Origin: Catajapyx aquilonaris
Taxonomy: Eukaryota
Reading direction: 5' to 3'
Assembly: GCA_000934665.2 (NCBI GenBank)
Contig: KZ538053.1
Span: 1 to 64,000 of the forward strand
Length of the DNA: 64,000 nt
Shown piece after piece: positions 13,471-26,121 of the stretch; within the stretch, counting starts at the first letter, position 1; each line of letters opens with the position of its first letter. The notes under the pieces were generated by a model, which was not told the DNA's origin, did not search any database, and saw nothing but the letters and a program-made list of their open reading frames with translations. The position numbers and the translations under genes were made by a program.

Positions 13471-13861
13471 CTAGAAAGGCCCTCGCTACGCTCGCATTTT
13501 TCTAGAGCGCAGGCGTAGAAAATCACTCGCTTCGCTCGCTTTTTTCTAGGCCTCCCTCCTCCCCCCCCCCCNNCCCCCCCCCCCCTGTTGTGAGGTCACC
13601 CTGACGACGCGACGTGGGGTGCAGGAAGGTGGAAGGGTATAGAGGGGTGTTCACGGGAGAGGAGATGTGTCCAGCAAGCGACTGTGGCGTTCTTCCATCC
13701 ATTGTGCATGCTCGGAACGGGAGCCAATTGGAGGCGTCATGGTAACAATACGTCGCAGTAACAATGGGCGGGGGCCAATAGGAAGCGTGCGATCACAATA
13801 ATATGCTGCGGACCAATCAGAAGGCTTGCACACGCAACGAAGTATTTCAATATATTATAGA
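13471..13861 (-). mobile_element. Non-autonomous Helitron with both ends intact
   Basis: Minus strand reads A|TCTATAATATATTG ... GCGAGCGTAGCGAGGGCCTTTCTAG|T: 5'-TC, 3'-CTAG, inserted between A and T, no TSD; the subterminal GCGAGCG(A/T)AGCGAG motif occurs twice. Confidence 0.8.
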
Positions 13862-14560
13862 TTTTTCCTTAGAGAAATAGATCACATCATAAACTGTCTG
13901 AATATATTTCTCGTTAGTAAAAAATTCAATACGAATACTTTACCGACATTCCAAATATACTGCTAGGTTTAGTGTCGTCCTTTGACCTATAAAGTTTCAT
14001 GGGAAGTCATGGTAAAGGTGAATAAAAATGCGACAAAAAATATGATGTAAAGTCTCACAGTCAAGGACATAAATCCCCTATCCTTTATACTAATTTCATG
14101 TATCCACTGAAATACATTTTGAGTACAAATTACCCAAAATTCTACTAGAGATACACTTGTGTGCTCCAATTAATATCCAGTACAGGTTCTATCATACTTT
14201 AGATAATTTCTATTCAAACTTCCACTTGATGGGCCAACTACTGCTTTCGAGATATTTCTCTGTCGCTGAATGGTCCTGAACGCTAACCAATATTTAATAT
14301 AACTGATGAGAATAATCGAAAATATATACTCTGATTTTGTAGACATCTCATTTTGGTTGTTATTGTTATGGTGACTTGCTTTAATAACAACGATGACATC
14401 ACTCCAAAATTTAAAACATGAGTATAGCTAAGTTCATTCCATAGCATAGAGGCAAAATATTCAAGCGTATAGTACATCCCATATTTCGCTCACATTTCCA
14501 ACCGAATTCAGATTGCAAAATGAAAATGCTATAAACGCTTCCCCATAAAAAGCCTTTTGC

Positions 14561-15032
14561 CACTATGCCGCAGAGGATTCCGTATTTATCGTGCAACCAT
14601 TGAAAATAAGCAGGCTGTTACACGCAAATCCGCTTAACACACATCTCATTTCGGTTCCCAAAATGATAGGAACCAAAATCCGGAACTCTAAATGGAGCTT
14701 TCTCCCAGAGAGAAAGTACAAGTACAGAGACAGCCTCATCCGGAAAGTCCAAGCAAAGACCCTCCCTCCGGACATGCCCGTAATGAGCTAACTACTCCCA
14801 CGTCCTTCCCACATGACGCACCAATTAACCACCACCCACTCATTTAGCACCAATTATCGTCCTTTCTCCTCCACCCGAAGATAAGATCCCATTTTCACCC
14901 AAGTCATTCCAACTCCCAAAATCTATATAAATACGCCTACACAACATATATATAACCCGATCAGCCTGCTTTTTTGAGTCATCCTGCCATCAACTATTGT
15001 TGTACACCAAGTGAAAAATGTGCCGCATAGTG
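14561..15032. mobile_element. Probable Transib-derived non-autonomous element
   Basis: Ends CACTATGCCGCAGA and TGTGCCGCATAGTG (12/14 inverted match); 5-bp flanks TTTGC and TGTGC (4/5). A CACWRTG terminus with a 5-bp TSD is the Transib signature. Confidence 0.55.
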
Positions 15033-18000
15033 TGTGCATCCTGGCGACTAATAACTTATTGCGCTAATTTATGGCGACTTTGAAAGTTTAACGACCGGCA
15101 GAGAGGAAAACGCAAGCTTTTAGGCTGATTAAAACTGCCGCCGTGGTCAAACTGTTATGGATCTAGGGGCTGTTGTGCAGCACACACACCAACGTACCCC
15201 CCCTCCCCCATAATTACATCAGAAATTTTGCTTGGTACCGGACCTATTATCGGGCTTAGTTATTTTTGAAACATTCCTCAATTTTGCCTGTGTCGGCGGG
15301 AGTCATGTGGCCGATAAATAAATGGGTCGAACTAGTACAATATTGTTCTAAAATGTGGCCAATGGGGTAAGGGCATTTTTGACCTGTGGGCCGTTACATC
15401 AGGTTAGCTAGGGCTTCAATAAAATGGAGGCAGCCGTTTACGCGGCATCAACTTTATGGAAGCGCATTCATCAAAAGGCGAAAGTTTTATGGAGGTAGGT
15501 AACTTATTATCATAATGTTAGGGTAAGGGGGGTAATTTTTTAAAATTTGAAATTGTTGTTTTTACAGTAAAACTCCTTGCGCTTCGGGTCATGTTAGTTG
15601 GATACACAAAAACTCATATTTGCTTTCTTCGAAGTTTAAAAAATATTTTTAGAAGATCCCTTCCTGCTACCTAAGACGTCTAATAACCAATGTTAAAACA
15701 CGTTCAATTGATAAATTAATTGTGCTGAATACGAGTATATGGAGGTTTTGTATCGCACATTGGAAAATTTATTTAACTTAGAGACACTCTGAGGCAGGTA
15801 GAGTCGGAATCATGTGATAGGCTGGTAAAGTGCATACGGTATCGATATTAATGAAAATAAGAATTACACATACCGTATTCAATTTTTCACAATTTTGGAT
15901 TATAATATTTGTGGAGTTAAAATGTTGTCTGGCAAATAATATTGAAATACTGTGATAAGTATAGTGAAAACCTCGTGTACTTAATAATTACCAAGTATGT
16001 CACAATGTTATTTAAGTTGGTCAGAATTGTCCTTGTGTAAAGATTTATATGGCAGTAGAATAATCAGGACAATACAAATGATGCTAGAAATTCTACATTT
16101 TTTTGTTCCAAGCAAAAACTGCTTCTGTTGCAGTTGTTCTTAAATGGCCTAATTATATGGGACCTTTCTATGGCTTTTATTATCAATCCTTGCTGCTATC
16201 TTTTTCCTGAAAGTGGGCTATATAATGGCTGGCCCATTAGGGAATTAATTCAGTGCTATAAACAACCCTTGGCAATCAGGTTTTTGTCTCCTCAGACTCC
16301 CAGTACAAATTACACCCAGCGTACTTTGTTAATACCAATATAGGATACTGTATATTCCAAATTACGAGAAAACTTCACTCATGCGCACTCTTTTGTAATG
16401 GTTTTTCTCAATAATTGGAATCATGGCACCTTGCGGTCTTGCACATTCCATTTTATAATACAGGTGCTTGAAAGCAGATTTTTCGAACAAGGTTGCATCA
16501 TAAATTTAGGCTTATTAATTTAGGCGCTAAAAAAGTCTACGCTCGCCAGCCTGCTCGCAGATAGTTGATTTTCGCCCCCCCCCCCCNCCCCCCCCCCCCA
16601 CCTCTATAATTATTCCACACGCGCTCTCCCCATCTACATTCCATTGCACCGGCTTACTGCTCATTATGGTAAGCGCCCTGCCCCATTCATATACTTGGCC
16701 AACATTCAAATTATTTTTAGTTAACACATTCTTTCTTATTGCTCATAATTCCGCAGGTTTTACATCTGATTTAATGATCGACTAAATGCAGCGAGTTTCA
16801 TCCAATTGCCTCTCTATCCTGTTTTCTCCTGGTATTAACCGCCATGAAATCATTACTGGACTCAATTAGCCAGCTCGTCCCATCCCATCAGCGCTCTCGC
16901 TTCTTATTGCACGTGCAAATTAAAATGTTGTCCCAGTAATCTGCAAAACACGTGCACAATTTTGAGCGGGGAGCACGGAGAACGCACCGGTCATATTTAT
17001 TCAGCCCGATTCATATGAAATAGGCTATAGAGCACACTATCCGCGGTGCCAAACACTGCCTTTCTCACTGTGCATACAGATCAGCAAATTAGTCGGCACA
17101 TATACCGCTTTTGCATATTTGTCTGAACGACTACGGGGGGTTTTTTTTTTTAAAAAAAGGTGGAAATAGTCACATTTATGGATGTCCCCCCCTATGCCCC
17201 CTCTTTTTATCATACAGGAAGAAAAGGCCATAATGTGAGGGAGGAAAATGTGGGCGCGGTCATGCACTAGTAGAAGGCAATTCCTGCAGGAGGAAGGAAT
17301 CCCAGCAAGGCAGCCTCATGCAATTCAAATGCATCCCTCACGTTTCTGGGCTCGCATTCTAGCCCCAACAATGCCTCTCTTCTCAGCCATTCGATATTTC
17401 CTCCCCCCATCTAGAACCGACCTCTCTACTTCTATACCTGTGACCTACTCTAGTACACCTCGGCTCGTAAACCCTCATAACTTGCACTTGTACCATGATT
17501 ACTTTGCACTGATCGTAGTCGTACCGCATTTGAGCGATTGTCTCTCGGATCCCTCGTCATAAGTTATGCAGCGTTCACTCAGCCGCCAGAGATGTGATTT
17601 ACTAATGGAACCCCCTTTAACAAGTCGCAAAGGTGCCTGCCGGTAATGTAACGGATTCAACAGGCAAACGGAATTCGGATTGCATATCATACCTAATAAT
17701 GGATTGGTATACCGTCATCATTTGCACTTTTCGGTTCGGTGTGCTGAACATGATCAGAGAGTTGCGCATACATTTTCATCAAATCATTCAGCAAAACTGA
17801 ATTTACAGTATAGGCCTAATGGTTTTTTTTTCAGGCGAAGGGCGCCAAAATCGGAAACGAGTACCTGGCTATGATCGCGGTTTCATTGTAGCAGTGTAAG
17901 AGATAAAATAATACTGGGCAAGCTTGGAAAAATTCGCAATTTAGTTTATTGATTTTACTCATGGTCAGATGAACTTAATAATTACCAAAACAGGTATATA

Positions 18001-18311
18001 CGTATGTTTTCTCCCTACAGCCATATACTCGTAAAAACGTTGAACCACAAATTATTATAGCAGTACTGTAGCCTATAATAGCAATGTAGAATTATAAAAT
18101 TGATTAAGTTCCATACAGGGTGTTTCTTACTCGTATAGTTAGCAGCAAACTCGGTGGCCCAAAAAAGTCAAAAATGTATGGATGAAAAATGTCGAGGGAC
18201 CAACCGGTAATGAGGCAGACGACCAGACACATTGTCCTACCCCTATAGCTAGATACGTCAGGTAACACACTCGACACCTTTCTGTATACAGAGATCGCCT
18301 AGCAGATGGAC

Positions 18312-18902
18312 CAACGAGATAGAATAGGATAGCGGCCGTAAAGGTCACGTGATCTTTGGCGCCCATGCCACTTCACGGCATGAACATGCGCGAATTTGAA
18401 ATTGTCCCTTTATAACCCTGTTCTCCTCTGACTACACTCCTGCCTCCTGGCGGGGCTGAGAATAAATGGCAGTCTGGTGAAAGCAACGAGGTATAAATTA
18501 GGGTTAGAGGCCGTAAAGTCCCGCCATCTTTGATGCAATTGAGCGGCCATGACACTTCACGGAATAACACGCGTGAGGTGGTAAATGGCTGGTTTTCCCT
18601 CTGGCCGCATGACGCTACTGTCTACTTCTGTATACCACCAATGCTCTTTTGCAGTGAAGTAGCATGGCCGCCAATTGCTTCAAAGATGGCGGACCTTTAC
18701 GGCCTCTAACCCTATTCATACCTCGTTGCTTTCACTAGACTGCCTTTTCTTCCTAGTCCCGCCAGGAGGCAGGAGAGGAGAACAGGGTTAGAAATACTAC
18801 AATTTCAAAGTTCTTGCCGTGAAGTGTCATGGCCGCCCGATGGCCCCAAATGGCTTCAAAAATGTCCGACCTTTACGGCCTCTATCCTATTCTATCTCGT
18901 TG
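18312..18902. mobile_element. Foldback DNA element with long TIRs and perfect 8-bp TSD (P-superfamily/Galileo-like)
   Basis: AGATGGAC|CAACGAGATAGAATAGGATAG ... CTATCCTATTCTATCTCGTTG|AGATGGAC; arms about 250 bp and spacer about 90 bp; the terminal unit is repeated internally at 18484 and 18728. Confidence 0.85.
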
Positions 18903-20419
18903 AGATGGACCCAGTGCAGTAGTTGCCTGGGGAACAGGATATGAGCCTGATAATCATTACTGATGGAGTAATGGGATGAGATTACCTCTTTCACGCCACC
19001 CCACCCTCTAATTACTCGTATAAATATTTTCCCCTACTTGCACCTGTTTCATATATCCTAAATGGGTCTACCGACAACAATTTGGTAACCATTTCACGCC
19101 ACCTAGGTGCAAATTACCAAAAGTGAGCGCAACTGACGCCTAACGTATAATTGAAAACCCACATTAAACTGACGCAATCACAACAGAAAACAAGGACCTA
19201 GGGAACGACAGTGGGAGGGAATGACATGCAATAAAATTCCGCAAACACCGAAGCAATTTGCAGAGAAGAGTCGACTTTAAGGCAAAACCGGTTGGGACAC
19301 TTTGTCGTTTACATCCAATAAAAGTCGCTCCGAAGTATCGCAACGCTACCCTTCACCTGTCACGACCAGGAAAAATGGGCGAACAGCACATTACCCTTCC
19401 AAAAAAAAAAACACACCCAATTTGGTCTTAACGAGATTCGTACATCTCTGCCTGCCTAACAAATATTTAGCATTAAAAAAAAAAATTGTCCCCGACAAAT
19501 ATTTGTCACTTGTCAAATACCCACGCGAATTTTTTTTTCCTCAGCTGTTAAACAGTCACTCTTGAAAAAAGGGTTACGAGTCGGAACGCAGACGCTCTTT
19601 CGACTGTAATTACTACAATTAGCAAGGGATATACAACTTCTCACAGCGACTGTCTCCACCTCCTAGAACCAGTATAATTGGATGAAGAGAACGTCACCAT
19701 TTATAATATACCTCTCTCCTTCCTTTTACGATGAGAAGCACATCACGGGTGCAGACTCGATCAACGTAGAATAGTCAAAAAGTCCGGAGGGCACAAATCC
19801 TGGCGACAATTTTCGAGACAGCACGAATCAGCGACGCAAAAGATAATTTTCCAATATTCCCGGGAGGTTGAGAGGGTGAAAAAAGGATCTAAAAATGGAG
19901 AAGAAGAGATGGTAGGGGGGGGGGGGGGTTGTCTGAAAGAGGTAAGTGTAATGATGATGTTTCACAAGAGGTTGTCACGAAGCGGCCAGGTTCGGGATAA
20001 AATACGGTATTCCTAGCGAGAGGAATTAGAAGGTAGTGGTTTTAAGGACAAGCAGAGGAAATTTTCGGGACCGCCCGCCCTCCCACCATGTTAATGATAG
20101 TCGTAAATTTATCTGAATTCAACCTCATTTTCACACTCTCTTTCCATCTGCACTGGCCGGAAGATTTAAACACCAATCTTGAATGCAACTTAGGCTGCTT
20201 TTAATATTCTGCCGTTTAATGTGCATTATATTTGTGTCATTTAGTGGCCTGGAAATTTATGGAGAAGTTACAGCAATTTTTACAAATGTATCGTTGTGGC
20301 CAAAGGGATAGAAAATACTTCAACGCGGCCCTTTTGTATGCCCGTGCTTGATACGGGTTTCTGAACGCAATTCAATTTTTCGGACAAAGAGTTTTCCTGT
20401 ATGTAGTTGAGGTACTTAC

Positions 20420-20481
20420 CTTTGCAGGCGTGGAAATGAAGTATCAGACACTGAACGATGTCATCTTACAGCAGAATGAAC
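20420..20481 (-). other. Candidate 62-nt exon with stops in all frames (UTR, lncRNA or poison exon)
   Basis: Acceptor CCTCGTTTCAG|G and full-consensus donor AAG|GTAAGT; stop codons in all three frames. Confidence 0.3.
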
Positions 20482-20902
20482 CTGAAACGAGGTCAAACAA
20501 GTTGTTTTCAATTACCTGGCTGCAATATCACGGTGAATTTTACGCAAGAATATGAGATGTTGCATCCAAGGCACCTAGACAATACCAAATTATCTCGTAT
20601 CCTTTCGACTCAACTTGCCTTGCCCTTCGAGGGAGCAATCTTTAATTTAATTTTGTTCGTTATTTAATTTCACGGTCTTTGCCTGGAATGACAATTTTTA
20701 ATGTCACAACGTCTCTAATATCCTCGTGTCCAATGATACTGTCACGCGCGGTATTGTTCAAGTAAAAAGCAATAAACGTCATTCCCAGTAGTATGACATT
20801 ATAAAATCACATGGTCCACTGACTATAATAAAGAGCATCCTTTCTCAATCTTGGTTCATACAGTCTCGATTCAGAGAACGCTGCAGAAAGTATTAGCTAT
20901 AA

Positions 20903-20903
<1 letters not shown>

Positions 20904-20970
<67 letters not shown>
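20904..20970. repeat. (ATT)n microsatellite
   Basis: About 22 perfect ATT units. Confidence 0.98.
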
Positions 20971-22480
20971 GCCATATTAGGACTCGAACGTTATCATTGC
21001 GCATAATTATGAAGCATATTTCTGAAACACATAGTATAAAGGCAAGTCTCTCTATACTAGACGCATCAAAGCCCTTCTTCCCACCCTTTTCATCATTTTT
21101 ACTTCCCCTTCCCTTTTGTGGTCAAAGAATTGTATTGATTTTGAAACTTGAAGCAATCAATCTCGAGCTGTCTTCATTGGTTAGCATGCCCTAAGTGTTT
21201 AAAAATACGCTGCATCACAGTTAGCAAAGTTAGTGACGTTTACCTGATTGTCATCCTTTTCTTAGTTCCAGCTAACACGCCTAACGGTATAACCAGATAA
21301 CCATCAATGTATACAATACCGTGATATAGAGTCTTACCTTAGTCGATACCAGTTTAGTACCAAAAAAAATGTAGGTTCAGGAGCACAAACTAGAGTTGGC
21401 AGTTTTACTGAAAATGACAGCCGGTGTGAGACGAGATTGAAAACGGCCCCGCCATATGGCGTAACGTAGTACACTGTAGGGCTATAAATTACAGCACGAT
21501 ACCTGGAACGTTACAGGTATCAAATTTTAATCTAAACCAAGGCGTCTCTAACATCTATTCACTAAACTACACATATAAATTTTAGCACAAAATAATACAT
21601 TCTGACCCCCAAAAAATATCACCTTAACTATGTATAAGCAATTAGATTCAAATGCCCAGGCGTATAGAACCTGACTCAAAATTCATCCTTCCGCATCCCA
21701 TCAAACTTGCAAATTAATTTGTCCCCTAATCCAGCAGATGTGTACCAGTTGGGTCTAGTGTTGTGCCATTGGAAGCAGACAGCTGGCCTGCGCAATATGG
21801 GAACCAACTTGGGGGAGGGAGGGGGGGGGGAGGCGTATTAGACCGCACAAACCTGCCATGTAGGGCTCCAAATCGTCGATAGTTTTGCAGGGGGTATTAA
21901 AATGCGAAGAGTCCATCATCGACGATACCGTTTTATTTTTCCGGTCGTTTCCCAGCTAGATACTTTGTTAATGCAAGTGCGCCACTATTTGGAGAATTTA
22001 ATTACATAGTATAGCCCTAGGTTGGATGTGGGTCACGTTTTACGGATCAAGTTCCGCAGAGGTCGGATATGTTAGGTAGGGTTATGTGATGAGAGTCGAT
22101 GTGGTCATGTTCAAGTTTGCTGAATGATGCTGAATAATGACCACAAAAATAACAAAAATTGGTTCCAAAGCCGCCAAAATTTTGCACGGGCCATCAGTTC
22201 AATGACCACTTGTTTCCGTTTTTCACTCTTTGTTTAGTGCCAAAAATAATCCCTCCCATGAGTTTCGAGTACCTGCAGGAGGTGTCAAGTGTAATCTCAC
22301 CATCACAGTGTTTGGAGTGGGTGGGGGGGGTAAATCAATAGCATTGATGGGTGAAAATAATATCCGATCCGAAATACCTCTGCTGCTAACTGAAAATGGA
22401 CCATCAAAGCCATTCTCTCAACGATCAAATGAGAAAAGCCGTCGGCAGGGGGGGGGGGGGGGGAATAAAAAGTAAATTTT

Positions 22481-22544
22481 NNNNNNNNNNNNNNNNNNNN
22501 NNNNNNNNNNNNNNNNNNNNNNNNNNNNNNNNNNNNNNNNNNNN
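22481..22544. other. Assembly gap (64 N)
   Basis: Run of N just after a poly-G tract. Confidence 0.99.
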
Positions 22545-24524
22545 TTTTTTTTGTCATGCAGTGGACTTTGTGTCAGGTGCTTCAATTTTCCTGGATTCAT
22601 TGTGCTAAGAATTTAATGCGAACAAAAAGTCTCTGATTAATACTAATGCGGATTAGAATGCTTGGTATCAGCCGGATTATGGAACGTCAAAGAAGCTATT
22701 TTAGACTGCATATTGTGAGAGAATACTATGTCTAGCTATAGCGAGTGGCGTTACGATATTTATGAGAGTAAATTAATTTTTAATCAGCTTTTGATGCAGA
22801 CAAAACGTGATTGCACATGCTTGTGGTATTGGGAAGCAGATTATAACATTACTACAGAGTGTGTGACGGTTGAAATGTCCGTCTAGTACTCGAGTTAGCG
22901 ATTTATGGGCTCTAATATGCTTATTTTAAAGACGTTTGGAAAAGTTACCTTTAGCTGACAATAGTAGGTCGATTCAGGTCGAATCGAATATGTCCGAACT
23001 CTGGATTGCAATGAATTTCGGGTTGGGAATAGCCCATTGGAAAATGACATCGAACGTCAATGGCAGAACCCTATTTTTAGCAGGCCAGATCCCCTTGCAG
23101 GGGTTTTAAAATGATGGATGCATGCAACCTAATATTCTCAGCTAATACTTTCATAACAATCAAAAATAACTATGCAAAAGTGATTGCTATGAAATAAGAA
23201 GCCTAGTTCCAACATATATAGCCATATTAGTCAGACAAGTATTTTGGATCACCCTGCATGCTTCAGGCCATTGATGATAAAACACCTGGGGCGAATTCAC
23301 ATTTGCTCTCTCATAATTAACATTCCCAAGACAGTTCCAATATCCCAATACACCCCATCCATAAACGGTAATAAAACAGTGGACATACTGTAATAATACA
23401 AAAACGGATTTTTATACACCCATCCTCTAAAACCGTGTTCGTTTAAAAATGTCCTTAGTGCAATGATGTAATTAGGGCTATATCCCATTTTAATTCCAGG
23501 TAGTCGAAGAATACTGCATAAAGTTTTTACGGCCAGAAATACCCACTCCGTGTGCATATACTGTAATGACCTGAACATTGGACTCTCCAGGCCATATGAA
23601 ACCCATAGTTGCTGGACAAGATTCCCTATTTCGACCAACCTCATACCCTCCTGAATGATTCGTCTCCCTGAGTACTCTTGACTGCCTCAGGTCCACTGAA
23701 TTCTCTGGCCAATAGCTAACTTAGTTCACTGGCGTCCCGTTGGCGCAACTGGAGTGACTTGAGGGTAACATCACTGGTGGTGACTCCGGAGAAACCGAGG
23801 GCATTGTGAATGAGCAGTGCCCAGAAAGAATGGAAGATATCCCCCTCAGAGTGACGGCTTTTTGCAAGTTGGTGAAACTGCTGGTCATTGATCATGCAAG
23901 TAGGCGCATAGCGGTGAGGATTCAGAGCGAGTCGAGTCGGAGTGTCCTTCCTACAACCTCCAAACGGCTGGTGCCAGCAGTCGTTCCGCCATTATTCTCA
24001 TCCAAACGGCCCTCTCGCCTGCTCACCAAAAAAAGAGGGCCAGTCCACTACGTACTCTCCAAACTCCATAACCTAAAATCATCCGCTGCACTTTCTATAG
24101 CGTGTCTGTGTCTGACATATTGTTGCGCCCCCTTTCAAAAGGATATGCTTCAAATAAGAGTTTGGAAACTTATTGGCGGTATTGCACTTGTTGGTAGCCC
24201 CGAGTCATCCTGAAGTGCAACTTTTGAGGGCTATTACAATAGACAGTGGAACATTTTGAAGAGTGATATCTTACTGATAGTACTGTTAGTTTACACAAAC
24301 CCGTCTGTGAGGCGGTTTTGCCAAAAGATATACTGTATAAAAGTACTTCTTATAGCCCAAATTAATTCAAAGAAATTTAGGACAATACAGCAACATGGTT
24401 TTCAGTTCTCTTTCAAGACAAATTTTTAATATACATTTACCCCGTTGGGAGAATCGGCGCTCCATTAGGGGGGTGGAATATTACCATTTTACCACTCCAT
24501 TTTTCTGAACTTTTTCTTCACACA

Positions 24525-24713
24525 TGGGTGGGGCCAAGGATATAGGGAAGGGAGCGGATGTGGCCTATTATACGGAAGCGACCCCGGAATTATCCTGGGT
24601 GGACCGTGGGAAACCACAGACACCACGGTCAGGATCGCCGGCCTCGGGAATCCAACCCAGGACCTCCCGATTAGCAGTCGGACTCCTTAACCACTACACC
24701 AACCTGCTTCGGT
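24525..24713 (-). mobile_element. tRNA-derived SINE
   Basis: Minus strand ACCGAAGCAGGTTGGTGTAGTGGTTAAG (A box) ... GGGTTGGATTCCCG (B box variant), then a non-tRNA body GTGGTTTCCCACGG...GGCCACATCCGCTCCCTTCCC. Confidence 0.8.
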
Positions 24714-25083
24714 ATTTCAAAACTATGGGCGAAATTTTCGTCTTTTTATTAGCCACTATAAGTCACTGTTTAGAGGTTCTGACTATTATCTTAGGACCGA
24801 CGGAATTTTCGTGCTTCTGATTAGTCACTACTAAACATGGAACTGAGTAGTTAATAGAAGTCAGGTTAGAGACACCTCGGGGTGTCTCTAACTCATCCCA
24901 ACACATGAGAAATGGAGAAATGGCCAACGCGGTGACGACTGTTCGACTTGTAGATCGAGTTTGGCGCCTTCTCGACGTGTTTTACGGGTGCCGAAGCTCT
25001 ACCTGGCTCTCCTGGATCCTTTCATAGAGATACAGGGTGATACAGCATCCAACCACTTTTGTATGCGGGTATGCATATAGGTA

Positions 25084-25359
25084 CAGAGTGTTCCAAGTTC
25101 GTGGGTAGTTTTATTTATAACTGATATTGCCCAAAGTAGTTATTTTTTGCAGCTTGTTGCGCCTGTCGTCCCAGATGGTCCCTCATCGGAGAGCGAAAAT
25201 AACAGTTACTTAAATAGCAGTTGCTAAAAATACCTGAAATGATCACCTCTCCCCAGAAGTTTGTCATACCTGGAAGTAAAGGGACAACAAGCTACAAAAA
25301 TAACTACTTCGGGCGATATTAGTTATAAATAAAACGACCCACGAACTTGGAACACCCTG
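25084..25359. mobile_element. Tc1/mariner-type MITE, copy 1
   Basis: TA|CAGAGTGTTCCAAGTTCGTGGG ... CCCACGAACTTGGAACACCCTG|TA; TIRs about 75 bp; related copy at 33598-33822. Confidence 0.9.
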
Positions 25360-25387
25360 TATTGGTGAAGTCAGTAATCGATATTTT

Positions 25388-25775
25388 ACATCCTGGGATC
25401 ACACATCTTCCGCCTTACCTACTTGTATGCCTAAAATCCCACAACACGAGGAATAACCCAGATCACTACCCAGATATACTGTCCAGCGGCCCTGCTCCAT
25501 ACTCATCAACGTTGCATTGTCCATCATCGCCCTCTTGGGGGTGATACCACCATAGGATGACCGGGAGGGGATGTGCAAAGTGCAAGTGCAATGTCTCTGA
25601 TTGGTCATTTTGTGAACTCCCCGGGTGGATTAGTGTAGCGGAGATTCCACCAGAGACGAAGCCAGAGATGGGCCAACTCTGCACGAGATGAAGGGGGGAA
25701 CCCCGGGCTGGGATCGAACCCGGGACTTTAACATCCGTGGGCGTAAAAGTCACCTCAGCGCCACTCCGCCTCCCC
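25388..25775 (-). mobile_element. tRNA-derived SINE, second family
   Basis: Minus strand GGGGAGGCGGAGTGGCGCTGAGG (A-box-like) and GGGTTCGATCCC (consensus B box); 3' boundary approximate. Confidence 0.65.
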
Positions 25776-26121
25776 TTCTTTCAAGACAATAGCTGTTATT
25801 GTTCAAATGCCCACTGCAGTTGTTTTTTTTTTCACTTGTCAAAACTCAAAAGACCATTACGTCTCTTGGGCAGGCCACAACCTCCATATTCCCTAGATTA
25901 GGCCTCTTGTGATCCCCGAGACATCAGGTGTTCAATCCTCTTTATCCTGGCGTGATGCAACGCACTTTACATCACGTGATATGGCTATCACTGAAAATGA
26001 TGCTTGTAGTTTGGAATCGACGTAGGATCGAAGCAGTGGTAATGATATAAGTGTCGATACACAAGCAACCCTTATAGAGCCACTCTTTATCTCCCTTTTG
26101 CATAGCGCTTTCCGTTATTGT

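Noticed and set aside
15840..15847. DRE motif TATCGATA
   Set aside because: A single 8-mer is expected by chance in 64 kb of AT-rich DNA.
24640..24713. tRNA genes at the SINE heads (also near 25.7, 38.6, 53.4 and 54.6 kb)
   Set aside because: A and B boxes are present, but I could not build a full cloverleaf, and the sequences continue into SINE bodies.
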